Below are positions 1 to 8,899 of a stretch of DNA of 32,000 bases, piece by piece. The stretch spans positions 30,001-62,000 of the forward strand of contig NC_006055.1 of assembly GCF_000008305.1 (NCBI RefSeq), given 5' to 3'. The notes beneath the pieces were generated by a model. The model worked only from the letters and a program-made list of their open reading frames with translations, was not told where the DNA came from and ran no database searches. Both the position numbers and the translations under genes were made by a program. Numbering within the stretch: position 1 is the stretch's first letter; every line of letters begins with the position of its first letter. Source of the stretch: Mesoplasma florum L1 (GTDB lineage: Bacteria > Bacillota_I > Bacilli_A > Mycoplasmatales > Mycoplasmataceae).

Positions 1-29
1 CCATGAAACCTATTTCATGACTATAGGTC
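1..29 (+). promoter_or_regulatory. 3' part of a purine-family riboswitch aptamer, truncated by the window start
   Basis: P3 hairpin catgaa/ttcatg (2-7/14-19) with loop acctat, then J3/1 'AC' and P1' TATAGG. Same layout as the complete elements at 1005-1067 and 1977-2037. Followed by a terminator. Confidence 0.72.
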
Positions 30-47
30 TTTATAAACACTTTAATT

Positions 48-90
48 AAAGTTTCTTTCAACATCAAAACTTGAAAGAAACTTTTTATTT
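48..90 (+). terminator. Intrinsic terminator, likely riboswitch expression platform
   Basis: Perfect 14-bp stem aaagtttctttcaa (48-61) / ttgaaagaaacttt (71-84), then a T-rich tract, just upstream of a lipoprotein ORF. Confidence 0.85.
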
Positions 91-125
91 AGTTGAATTT
101 TTAATAAAAAGAAAGGAAAAACATA

Positions 126-965
126 ATGAAAAAATTAATAGCAATTTTAGGGGCAGTTGGATTAACTGCTACAGGTTCAGCAAGTTTATTAGTTTCTTGC
201 TCAACACCAGTTGAAAAAGATTTTTCTTCTGAAATAGGCAAAATGGTAAAAGATTACATAAAAATTGATCAGGGAACTATATATGAAGATTCAAATGAAA
301 TTTATACAAAATTGAAATCGTTTAATAAAGAAATGGAATCTGAAATTTTAAAATTAAAAAATGTAGATGGAGTTTCAAAGTTTAATGAAAAAGAAGGAAC
401 ATTTTCTGATCCTGATTCAAGCATTAAACCATCAAGCGCAGATGCGGTATGATTTCATTCAGTTTACACATCATCAAGTGTAAGCGAATTCTCAAATAAT
501 AATGATTTTAATAAGTGAACAATTACTATTCAATACAGAACACCAGCAACTAATAAAACAACTGGTGAATTATATTGAGGAAAATATAATAAAACTTACA
601 TAAATGATATTGAATTTTTTAAAGCTAAAAAACCTAATGCGATATTAAAAAACTCAGATGGAACAGAGCAATCAGAAAATTCTTTTACTCTTGTAGATAA
701 TGAAGTAAAGATTAGAGTAGATAAAGGTTATAATAGAGAAAACATAATTCTTAATGGAAATGAAAAAATTACGGATATAAATATTTCACTTGATACTCAA
801 TTATTTGAAGAACCTGAAATAAAATTAGGCAATGATAAATTCCCAACATATTTTGATTTAACACTTAAATTAAAACAGGGACAAACATTATCAGTAGACC
901 AAAAAATATTTATTAAATTACCATCATTTCAAGATATTAAACTAATAATTAAAGCACAAAATTAA
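126..965 (+). CDS. Predicted lipoprotein of unknown function (279 aa, table 4)
   Basis: Starts MKKLIAILGAVGLTATGSASLLVSCS (lipobox LVSC). Frame stays open through TGA codons to TAA at 963-965. Confidence 0.88.
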
Positions 966-971
966 TAACAG

Positions 972-980
972 TGATATAAT
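972..980 (+). promoter_or_regulatory. Extended -10 promoter element
   Basis: TGATATAAT (TGnTATAAT) 25 nt upstream of the riboswitch P1; no convincing -35. Confidence 0.5.
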
Positions 981-1004
981 TTTGTTAACAACTTAATATG
1001 AAAA

Positions 1005-1067
1005 ACTTATACAGGGTAGCATATTGGGCTACTGTTCCGCCTCAAGACCAATCTTGAGACTATAAGT
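1005..1067 (+). promoter_or_regulatory. Purine-family riboswitch aptamer, 2'-deoxyguanosine-like variant (Mesoplasma type)
   Basis: P1 acttata/tataagt (1005-1011/1061-1067), P2 gtagc/gctac (1016-1020/1028-1032), L2 ATATTGG, J2/3 TGTTCCGCC, P3 ctcaag/cttgag (1041-1046/1053-1058), J3/1 AC. Very similar to the M. florum 2'-dG aptamer as recalled (ACUUAUACAGGGUAGCAUAAUGGGCUACUG...GACUAUAAGU). Confidence 0.9.
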
Positions 1068-1069
1068 GT

Positions 1070-1102
1070 AAAGGTTTTTTGGTTATCAAAAAACCTTTTT
1101 TA
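1070..1102 (+). terminator. Intrinsic terminator, expression platform of the riboswitch
   Basis: aaaggtttttt / aaaaaaccttt stem with T tract immediately after the aptamer. Confidence 0.85.
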
Positions 1103-1148
1103 TTATCTAAAGTTTTTCTTTAGGTTGTATTCAAAATTAGGGGGAAAT

Positions 1149-1826
1149 ATGAAAAAATTATTAGCAATTTTAGGAGCAGTTGGATTATCAGTAACAGGAG
1201 CTTCAATAGTAGTTTCTTGTGGTGGTAATGGTAATACTGATATTACAGATCCTGAAACAGGCTTAGTTGCATTATCAAAAATAAAAAATTTAACTTTAGA
1301 TTTAGGGGAAATTGGAGAAAACAGTTCGCTGAATATATCTAAAGCTTTTTTTGAAAAAAATGAATCTGTATTAAAAAAAGCTGTTGGAGATACATTAACT
1401 GCAAATATGTTTTATGTTTCAAAAATAACTTCAACTTCAGCAACAATTACAGGTAAAAATACTAACCAGGAATTATTAAGTCCATCTGCAGATTTTGCAG
1501 TAACAGTTAGTTTTACATCAGAAAGCGATGGAAGAATAGACTTAGCAAAATTAGAAGGTCTAGTTACAAGTAATTTAATTGTTAATAAAACAAAGTATCA
1601 AGGAACAGGAAATTATGACAAATCAAATGCTATTGCAGATGCATTAATAGAAGCAAATAAAGAACTACTAAAAGAAACAGTAGCAAAAGATTTTTATTTA
1701 TTAAAGTCTGATCTTGTTGAACCGTCAGACGGCAAACCTGGTGTAGCAAAATTAGAAGGTAGCACATCAAGTTTAAAAGTAAAAAGTGGTTCACCAGTAG
1801 AAATAACATTTACACTAAGCGAATAA
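1149..1826 (+). CDS. Predicted lipoprotein of unknown function (225 aa)
   Basis: ORF-track start at 1125 is a TTG. The ATG at 1149 follows a strong SD (ttaggggg) and gives a canonical signal peptide MKKLLAILGAVGLSVTGASIVVSCGG. Confidence 0.9.
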   Translation: MKKLLAILGAVGLSVTGASIVVSCGGNGNTDITDPETGLVALSKIKNLTLDLGEIGENSSLNISKAFFEKNESVLKKAVGDTLTANMFYVSKITSTSATITGKNTNQELLSPSADFAVTVSFTSESDGRIDLAKLEGLVTSNLIVNKTKYQGTGNYDKSNAIADALIEANKELLKETVAKDFYLLKSDLVEPSDGKPGVAKLEGSTSSLKVKSGSPVEITFTLSE

Positions 1827-1828
1827 AA

Positions 1829-1858
1829 CAAAAAATAGACATTGGTCTATTTTCTTTG
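1829..1858 (+). terminator. Intrinsic terminator
   Basis: aaatagac (1833-1840) / gtctattt (1845-1852) hairpin after the stop codon. Confidence 0.65.
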
Positions 1859-1947
1859 TGACTCTTATTTAATTTGTATATATAATAATATCACAAAAAT
1901 TAACACTTAACATTGTATTTAGTTTTTATAAAAAATAAATAATATAT

Positions 1948-1953
1948 TATAAT
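1948..1953 (+). promoter_or_regulatory. -10 promoter element TATAAT
   Basis: TATAAT 23 nt upstream of the riboswitch P1 of the transporter operon. Confidence 0.4.
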
Positions 1954-1976
1954 ATCTTTAACTTAATAAAAATTAA

Positions 1977-2037
1977 CTTATACATGATAACATATCGGGT
2001 TGTCGACCTGCCTTAAGACCGATCTTAAGACTATAAG
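1977..2037 (+). promoter_or_regulatory. Purine-family riboswitch aptamer, guanine-type or variant
   Basis: P1 cttata/tataag (1977-1982/2032-2037), P2 gataac/gttgtc (1986-1991/1999-2004) with L2 ATATCGG, J2/3 GACCTGC, P3 cttaag/cttaag (2012-2017/2024-2029) with loop accgat, J3/1 AC. Confidence 0.86.
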
Positions 2038-2115
2038 AAAATAAATATTATAAAACATTAAGTTGCTTCTTTTATTAAGTAATAAGTTTTTAAAAAATAG
2101 GGGGAATATTTTTAA

Positions 2116-4194
2116 ATGAAAAAATTATTATTAACTTTATCTTCTGTAACACTTGTTGGTACAGCAGGTATGAGCGTTATCTCATGTGGGGTAAAACCAG
2201 AAAAATCTGTTATATTTATGCTTCCAGGTGAAGCTGTGGGAGTAGGATCAACAGATAAAATTGATGCTTATAATGATTTAGTTGATGAATTCAATGAATT
2301 ACATAAAAATGATTCAGGATTTGCGCCAATTAAAGTAAAGTGATCAAAATCAGGAACAATCAATGATTCAATCTTAACAGGTGATAATTTACCTGATTTA
2401 TATATAAGTTATGCAGATGCAGTTTCATTGTATGCAAATACAAAAGTATCTAATCAAGTGAGAGACATGGAAGCTTCATTAGGTGAAGCAGGATTTGCAA
2501 ACTTAAAAAATGACATAATAGATGATGCTTTTTTACAAGAAGGACAATATAAAGAACAGGGAAGTGACAAAGCAACTCAAGTTGTTTTACCATTTGGTAA
2601 ATCAGTTGAAATGTCAGTTATTAACGTAAACTTTTTCTTAGAATTTATTTCAAAAATTAGTATTACAGATTTTGATGGAGCATCAATTTCGCCTAAAGTT
2701 AAAACTGAGTTTGAAAAATTTAATGTTAATGAAAGAAAAAATTTAACTAATGAAACAGGTGCAATGTCTAAAACAACAATTTTTAGTGATAAAACTCCTA
2801 AGTTAAATGAACAATGATTCACAGAACATGGTTTAAATGATGCTTTAACAACACTACAAACTGCTTTAGCACCATTAACAAGCGTTGGATCTAGTTCATA
2901 CACAGGAGAATCTGTAGATGATCTAATTAGAACTATTTTTGCTAAAAATGATAATATAATAGCTTTAGCACAAGTTTACAACGAGATATTTAATGTTGAA
3001 AGTAATATTGAAGTTAAATATGCAAGTAAAGACGGAAGCGTTGTTGTAGATCCTTCAAATGGAAAACATTTTTCATTTGGAATTGATTCTTTAGCAAATA
3101 AATATTTTATGGACCATGCGGCTAGAACTAATAGCGGTTTAATTGATATTACTAATGAAGATAATGGTTTTTTCTACAGTGCAAATTATGATAAAGCAAC
3201 TAGAGTAGCAAACGTTAACTTTAATAAGAATTCTGTAGGATTTAATGATACATCAGAATTCTTGCAAGCTTTTAAAGATATTGCTGTTAAAAACAATAAA
3301 AGTGGTGGTTCATACGCTGAACAATGAAATAACACATTAAATTTAAGTAGACAAGAAGGTACAACAAAATACTATACAAGTGATAGCTTTTTAAATGGTT
3401 CTTCATTTATGTCAAGTGGTTCATCAGCAGGGGCTTACAATTTTACCAAAACAAAATATGTAAATAATACAGGGTATAATCCTGTTACAAATGCTGATGT
3501 AATAACAACTTCAACTTCAACTAAAGAAGGGAAAAATTCAGTTTTCATGTCTCAAGGTCCAGGAATAGCAGGATTCAAATCAAATGGTTCAAATGCAGCT
3601 GAGAAAGAGAAAACAGTTACAGAATTCTTAAATTATATTATGCAACCAAAACAAGCAGCAGATTTTGCGCTTAAATCAAATTATATGCCTGCAACAAAAT
3701 CTGGTATGTCTATATACCAAAACTATGTAAATGGTAATTACAATAATACAAAAGCAAATAATCAATCAAATGCAATAGTAAATCCAGAAGCATTACAAAA
3801 TGTTGTTGCAGAACTTAACACAAAAGAAGGAACAACAAAATATACAGTAGATAATACTTTTACTGCGATTTATTCAACAAGTAAAGGTTCATTAAGTTCA
3901 CAAGCATCTCCAAATGCAGTTAACTCAGGATTTATTGAAAAATATTTAGTTGGAAATTCAGAAAGAATATTAGTTGCTTCTACACCTACACCTATTGGTA
4001 CAACAGTTCGTGATTCAATTGCAACAGCTATTACTGGTAGTGGAACAATTACAGATTTAAGTAAAGCACCGGGAATTAAATTTGTTGAAATATTAGATGC
4101 ATCAAATACAGTTTATACATTACAAAATTATGTAATGAAAAAAAATAACACAGATATGTTTAGCAAAATTAATTTAACTCACAATGCAAAATAA
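2116..4194 (+). CDS. ABC transporter solute-binding lipoprotein (692 aa)
   Basis: MKKLLLTLSSVTLVGTAGMSVISCG lipobox. Sugar-SBP-like body (DKIDAYNDLVDEFNE; VFMSQGPGIAGFKSNG). Four ORF-track fragments share frame 1 and are joined by TGA=Trp. Upstream of ATPase and permease genes. Confidence 0.88.
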
Positions 4195-4225
4195 AAGTAA
4201 ATTTAAATAGAAAGTTTTTAAAAAC

Positions 4226-6583
4226 ATGAGTATTAAACTAAAAAATATAACAATTGACTATGGAAATTTCTTGGCGGTAAATGACCTAAGTGTAAATATT
4301 AATAAAGGGGAACTAGTTTCTCTTTTAGGACCTTCTGGTTGTGGAAAAACAACCGCATTAAATGCTATCGCAGGATTAATAAATACAACATCAGGACAAA
4401 TTCTTTTTGATGGTGTTGATGTTACACACAAAACACCTCAGCAAAGAAATATAGGACTAGTTTTTCAAAGTTACGCATTATATTCACATATGAGTGTTTT
4501 TAAGAATATTGCATATCCTTTATATCACTCAAAAGATTTTAAAAAAGAATTAGCAAGAGACAATTTTAAATATAAAAATAGATTAAAAGATCTAAAACAA
4601 ACAAAATCATACGAATTAATAATTAAACAACAAAATGATTTTTTAAATGATCTTAAAAGCTTTTTAAAATTAACAAATAATAATATTAAATTGTTAGAAA
4701 CAGAGTTTTTAAAAAAACATAAAGATTCAATTATTTCATATACTGATCAACTTTTCATAAATTATGAAAATTCAGAAGTATTAAAAAATCATTTAGTTAG
4801 CTACTTATATGACAAACTAAAAATTAAATTTAATGAAATTGAATCTGTTATAGAGTCAACAATTTTAAAAAAATATAAATTGTTATTAACTCATAAATTA
4901 GACGTTAGATTTCAAGGAACAATTGGTTATTACAGTTGATTAAATGAAAAAAATGTAAAAGATAATAAAAAACACTTGGCAGAACTTATCAAAACTAGCA
5001 AAATTTCAAAAAAACAAATTAGAAAAGAACAAAAAAAAGTTAGTGCTGAATTAGATATTTTTACTGCTTCTTCAACAGAAAATGGGTATGATAATTATAT
5101 TAATTCTAAAAACTTAATTACAAATTCTTTTATTGAGAATGAAGTAGCAGAACTTGAAAAAGAAATAAATGATTATTTTGATAAAGTTTTATTAAAAACA
5201 AAAGAACCAATTATAAAAAACAATAAAATTGAAAATTCTATTTCAAATATTTCAAAAAAAATTAATGCATTTAAAGTAAGTTATTTAAGTAAACATGAAA
5301 AATTAATTGTTAAATATATAAAAAGTATTTCAAACAAATTTCCTAATGAAATAGAAATAAAAGATAATTTAATTAATTACTTGTTTAATATATCAAAAAT
5401 AGAATTTAATTCTGTTCAAGAAAAGTTAAATGAGTTGATTTTTGAAAATATGCAAAGTTTTGTAAATTCTTGTGATAAAGATGAGTTTACTCAGTTAATA
5501 AATTATTATCCTTTAAATGTGAATGCATATTTAGAAGTTAGTGAATCAAGTAATGAACTTTTAAAAATTAATAATGAATTACAAAAGAATACTGATTTTG
5601 ATACATTAAATGATAATGAACATTATAAAAATTATCTTACTGAAAAAGAACAATTAACAGAATCATTGCTTTCAGAATTTGTTGTAAAATTGGAAAACTT
5701 TATTTCTGAAACTTTTGATAAATTACCAATTTTAGTTAATAATGAATTATCAAAAAATTCAATAAAAATTGATATTTCGGAATTAGAATCAGAAATTAGA
5801 AAAAATATTTTTTCAAAAAAACGTAAAATAAGATCATTAGTTTTAGAAGCTGCAAAACAAGTTGAAATTGAAACACAATTAAATAAAAAACCAAGTGAAT
5901 TATCTGGTGGACAACAACAAAGGGTTGCTATCGCAAGGGCTGTTGTAAAAAAACCAAGTATTTTACTTATGGACGAACCATTATCAAATCTTGATGCAAA
6001 ATTACGTTTAACAACTAGAGAATGAATTAAAAAATTTCAACAAAAAGTTGGAATAACAACTGTTTTTGTTACTCACGATCAAGAAGAAGCAATGAGTATT
6101 TCTGACTCAATTTTTGTTATGAATAAAGGGGTTTTACAACAAGGCGGAACTCCATTAGAAATTTATAATAAACCAAAAAATAAATTTGTAGCAAACTTTA
6201 TAGGAACACCTAATATTAATTTCATTGATGTTAAAGTCAAAAAATCTATTTTTGAATTGCCTTCAGGCGAGGAAATGACTATTAAAAATTTAAAAATTGA
6301 AAAAGAAAATTGAACTTTAGGAATTAGACCTGAAAGAATAAGTATTTCAGGAACTAAAGGTAAAATTTTCATTGGAGAAGGTGAAGTTTCTCTTGTCGAA
6401 CAATTAGGAAAACAAAATCATATTAAAGTTCGCTTAAATAAAGAATTGGAAATTACTTTAATATTAGAGCCACATGAATGAAATAATTTAAAAAATTCTT
6501 CAGTGTTAAAGCTTTATGCTAGAAAAGAAGACTTATACTTATTTGATACAAATACAAATTTAGTAGAGGTAAAATATGCGTAA
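4226..6583 (+). CDS. ABC transporter ATP-binding protein, UgpC/MsmK/MalK-like, with a large internal insertion (785 aa)
   Basis: Walker [11 protein letters not shown]-loop region [12 protein letters not shown], signature LSGGQQQR (~aa 559), Walker B ILLMDEP, H-loop [12 protein letters not shown]; C-terminal TOBE-like region. One open frame with TGA=Trp. Confidence 0.93.
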
Positions 6584-7565
6584 AAATAAGAAAGATGAAG
6601 GTTTTGTTTTAATTGATGATAGAGTTATAAATCCTAAAGGTAAAAAAGCAAAATCTAAAAATATGGAAAAAGGAAGATTTGACCTAATAAACCAATTAAT
6701 TTGGGTTTTACCAGGTTTATTCTTTGTATGTATATTTTCATACTTTTCAATTTTTATTGTTTTTAAATATGGATTAAGTGCGAATGGTGCAAATGGTGTT
6801 TTTATATTAAGCATTAAAAATATAGGTAATTTATTTACTGAGCCTACGCATGAATTTCCAATAGCGTTAAGAAATACTTTAATTTATGTTTTAGTTTCAG
6901 TGCCAATTTCATTGCTGATTGCACTTTGAACTGCCAAAGCATTAAGTAACGTTTTAAGTAAAAGAGCTTTTGCTTTTTTCCAATCAGCTTTCTTTTTACC
7001 ATATGTAACATCAGCACTTGCTGTTGCTATGGCTTTCTCAATATTATTTTCAACAAGTGATACATCTCTTTTAACACAATTATTAGCTAAATTAGGTTTA
7101 TCAAGGGTTGATTGAAAAGAACCTAAAAATGCTATGATAATGTTAATCATTTATGGTGTTTGAAAAATGTTACCTTTTAAAATTATTATGTTTACAGCAG
7201 CATTTTTAAGAGTTGATAAGCGATTATATCAAGCAGCATCTATAGACGGTGTACCAAGATGACAACAATTTTGAAAAATTTCTGTTCCTCAAATTATGCC
7301 AGTTATTATTTATATGATTACAACTGGTATTATTGGTTCATTTAAATTTATGCCTTTTGGTTTATTTGCTAACTATGAGGAAGCGGTTAAATCACAAGCT
7401 CAAACAGCAGTGTTCTTTATCTTTTCAAGAATTAACTCTGGTTCAGGAGGATTACCATCATATAGTACTGGTGGAGCAGCTTCTATAGTATTAATGGTTA
7501 TTATTTTAATTATGACGTTAGCTAATAGACAATTAAGTAAGTACTTAAACAAAAAATATAGATAG
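6576..7565 (+). CDS. ABC transporter permease, UgpA/MsmF-like (329 aa)
   Basis: Overlaps the ATPase gene by 8 nt. EAA-like motif YQAASIDGVPRWQQFWKISVPQIMPV; multiple hydrophobic segments. Confidence 0.92.
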
Positions 7566-7573
7566 GATTCAGC

Positions 7574-8899
7574 ATGGAAAAAATAAATAACGAGTGAAGT
7601 AAAAAAACTAAAACTGAAGATTGAATTCACAAAAATTCATTTAAAAAGATTTCTGTTAAAGATAAATCTTTTAATCAATCTGAATCTAATGTTGATTCCA
7701 TTATTTATGTTGAAAAAACAACAAAAGTTGTTAGTTCTGAAAAAGATAAACATGAAATAGTTGTAAATAAATTAACAAGAAAAGAAAAATATGAAAATGA
7801 TTTAAAATTTCAAGAAGAACAAATAACTTTAAGAGAATCTAAAATTGTTGTTGAAGCTAACTTTTTTAAGAGAATATGATTAAAGTTTTGTTTATCATTA
7901 TTTTTATTTTGAAATAAAAAACATTTTAAAATTAAGCACGCATTTTATATAAGATCAGTAAATAAAAGAAAAGATAAAACAATTAAAATGGCTGGTGATG
8001 TTTGATATAGAAGAATAGGGTCAAATTTATCAAACTATACAGTTTTAATTATTATGCTTATCGCCATGATATTTCCTTTTTATTGAATGTTAATAACATC
8101 TTTTAAGCCTTATTCAGAAGTTGACACAGGAGTAATGGAATCTCTTTGACCAAAACATTGAACATTACAAGCATATAAAGATATGTTTACATTTGTTAAT
8201 AATTCTGGTGGTAGAGAATCAATTCCATTTTCAAGATTTTTCTTTAACTCATTGTTCATTGCGTTAGTTTCAACTTTAGTGCAATTATCAGTGTCAGTTA
8301 TTGGTGGATTTGCAATTTATAACTGAAGAACAAAATTTAATTCATTATTTATGATTATTATGTTTTCAATTATGATGGTTCCAGGTGAGGCTATGTTGCT
8401 TGGTAGATATTGAATTGCAGTTCAAATGCAATGAAGAGATACTTTATTTGCCTTAATTGTTCCATTTATCGGTAACGTATTTACCATATACTTAATGAGT
8501 AATGCTTTTTACGGATTAAATAGAGATTTAAAAAGAGCAGCTAAAGTAGATGGATTATCAAGTTTTCAATACTTTATGAAAATAGCTTTACCTGCAGTTA
8601 GTGCAACTATATTAACATCATTTATTATTTCATTTATTGAATCATGAAACTCTGTTTTATGACCAATAACAGTTATTGATAATCAATCTGGACAATGAAG
8701 AACAATTCCAATGCTTTTATATTCACTAATGAATGTTAGTGGTATGACATCAGAAGAATTCCCAATTGCTGATCCTATTAATGTAAAAATGGCTGCCTCA
8801 ATTTTAGCTATTTTACCAATGATTATTGTATTTATTGTTTTCAATAAATGAATTATTAATGGTTTAACAAAAAGAAGCGTTGGAGGAACTAAGGGATAA
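7574..8899 (+). CDS. ABC transporter permease, UgpE/MsmG-like (441 aa)
   Basis: Manual table-4 translation from ATG 7574 to TAA 8897-8899. EAA motif LKRAAKVDGLSSFQYFMKIALPAV. Absent from the ORF track because TGA codons are frequent. Confidence 0.9.

Noticed and set aside
1125-1148. Eight extra N-terminal residues (MYSKLGGN) from a TTG start for the second lipoprotein.
   Set aside because: The TTG start would put the true SD (aggggg) inside the coding region. ATG 1149 gives a canonical signal peptide and SD spacing.
2577-2903. Minus-strand ORF of 108 aa overlapping the SBP gene; similar antisense ORFs at 9426-9608, 10503-10841, 13866-14138, 23044-23268, 27033-27251, 28539-28763 and others.
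   Set aside because: Each lies antisense to a clearly coding plus-strand gene, has no recognisable motifs or SD, and is the kind of shadow ORF expected opposite coding DNA.
4226-6583. Considered that the ATPase gene is interrupted by a mobile element between Walker A and the signature motif.
   Set aside because: The frame is continuous across the insert, there are no terminal inverted repeats or target duplications, and no transposase-like sequence; an intrinsic protein insertion is the simpler reading.
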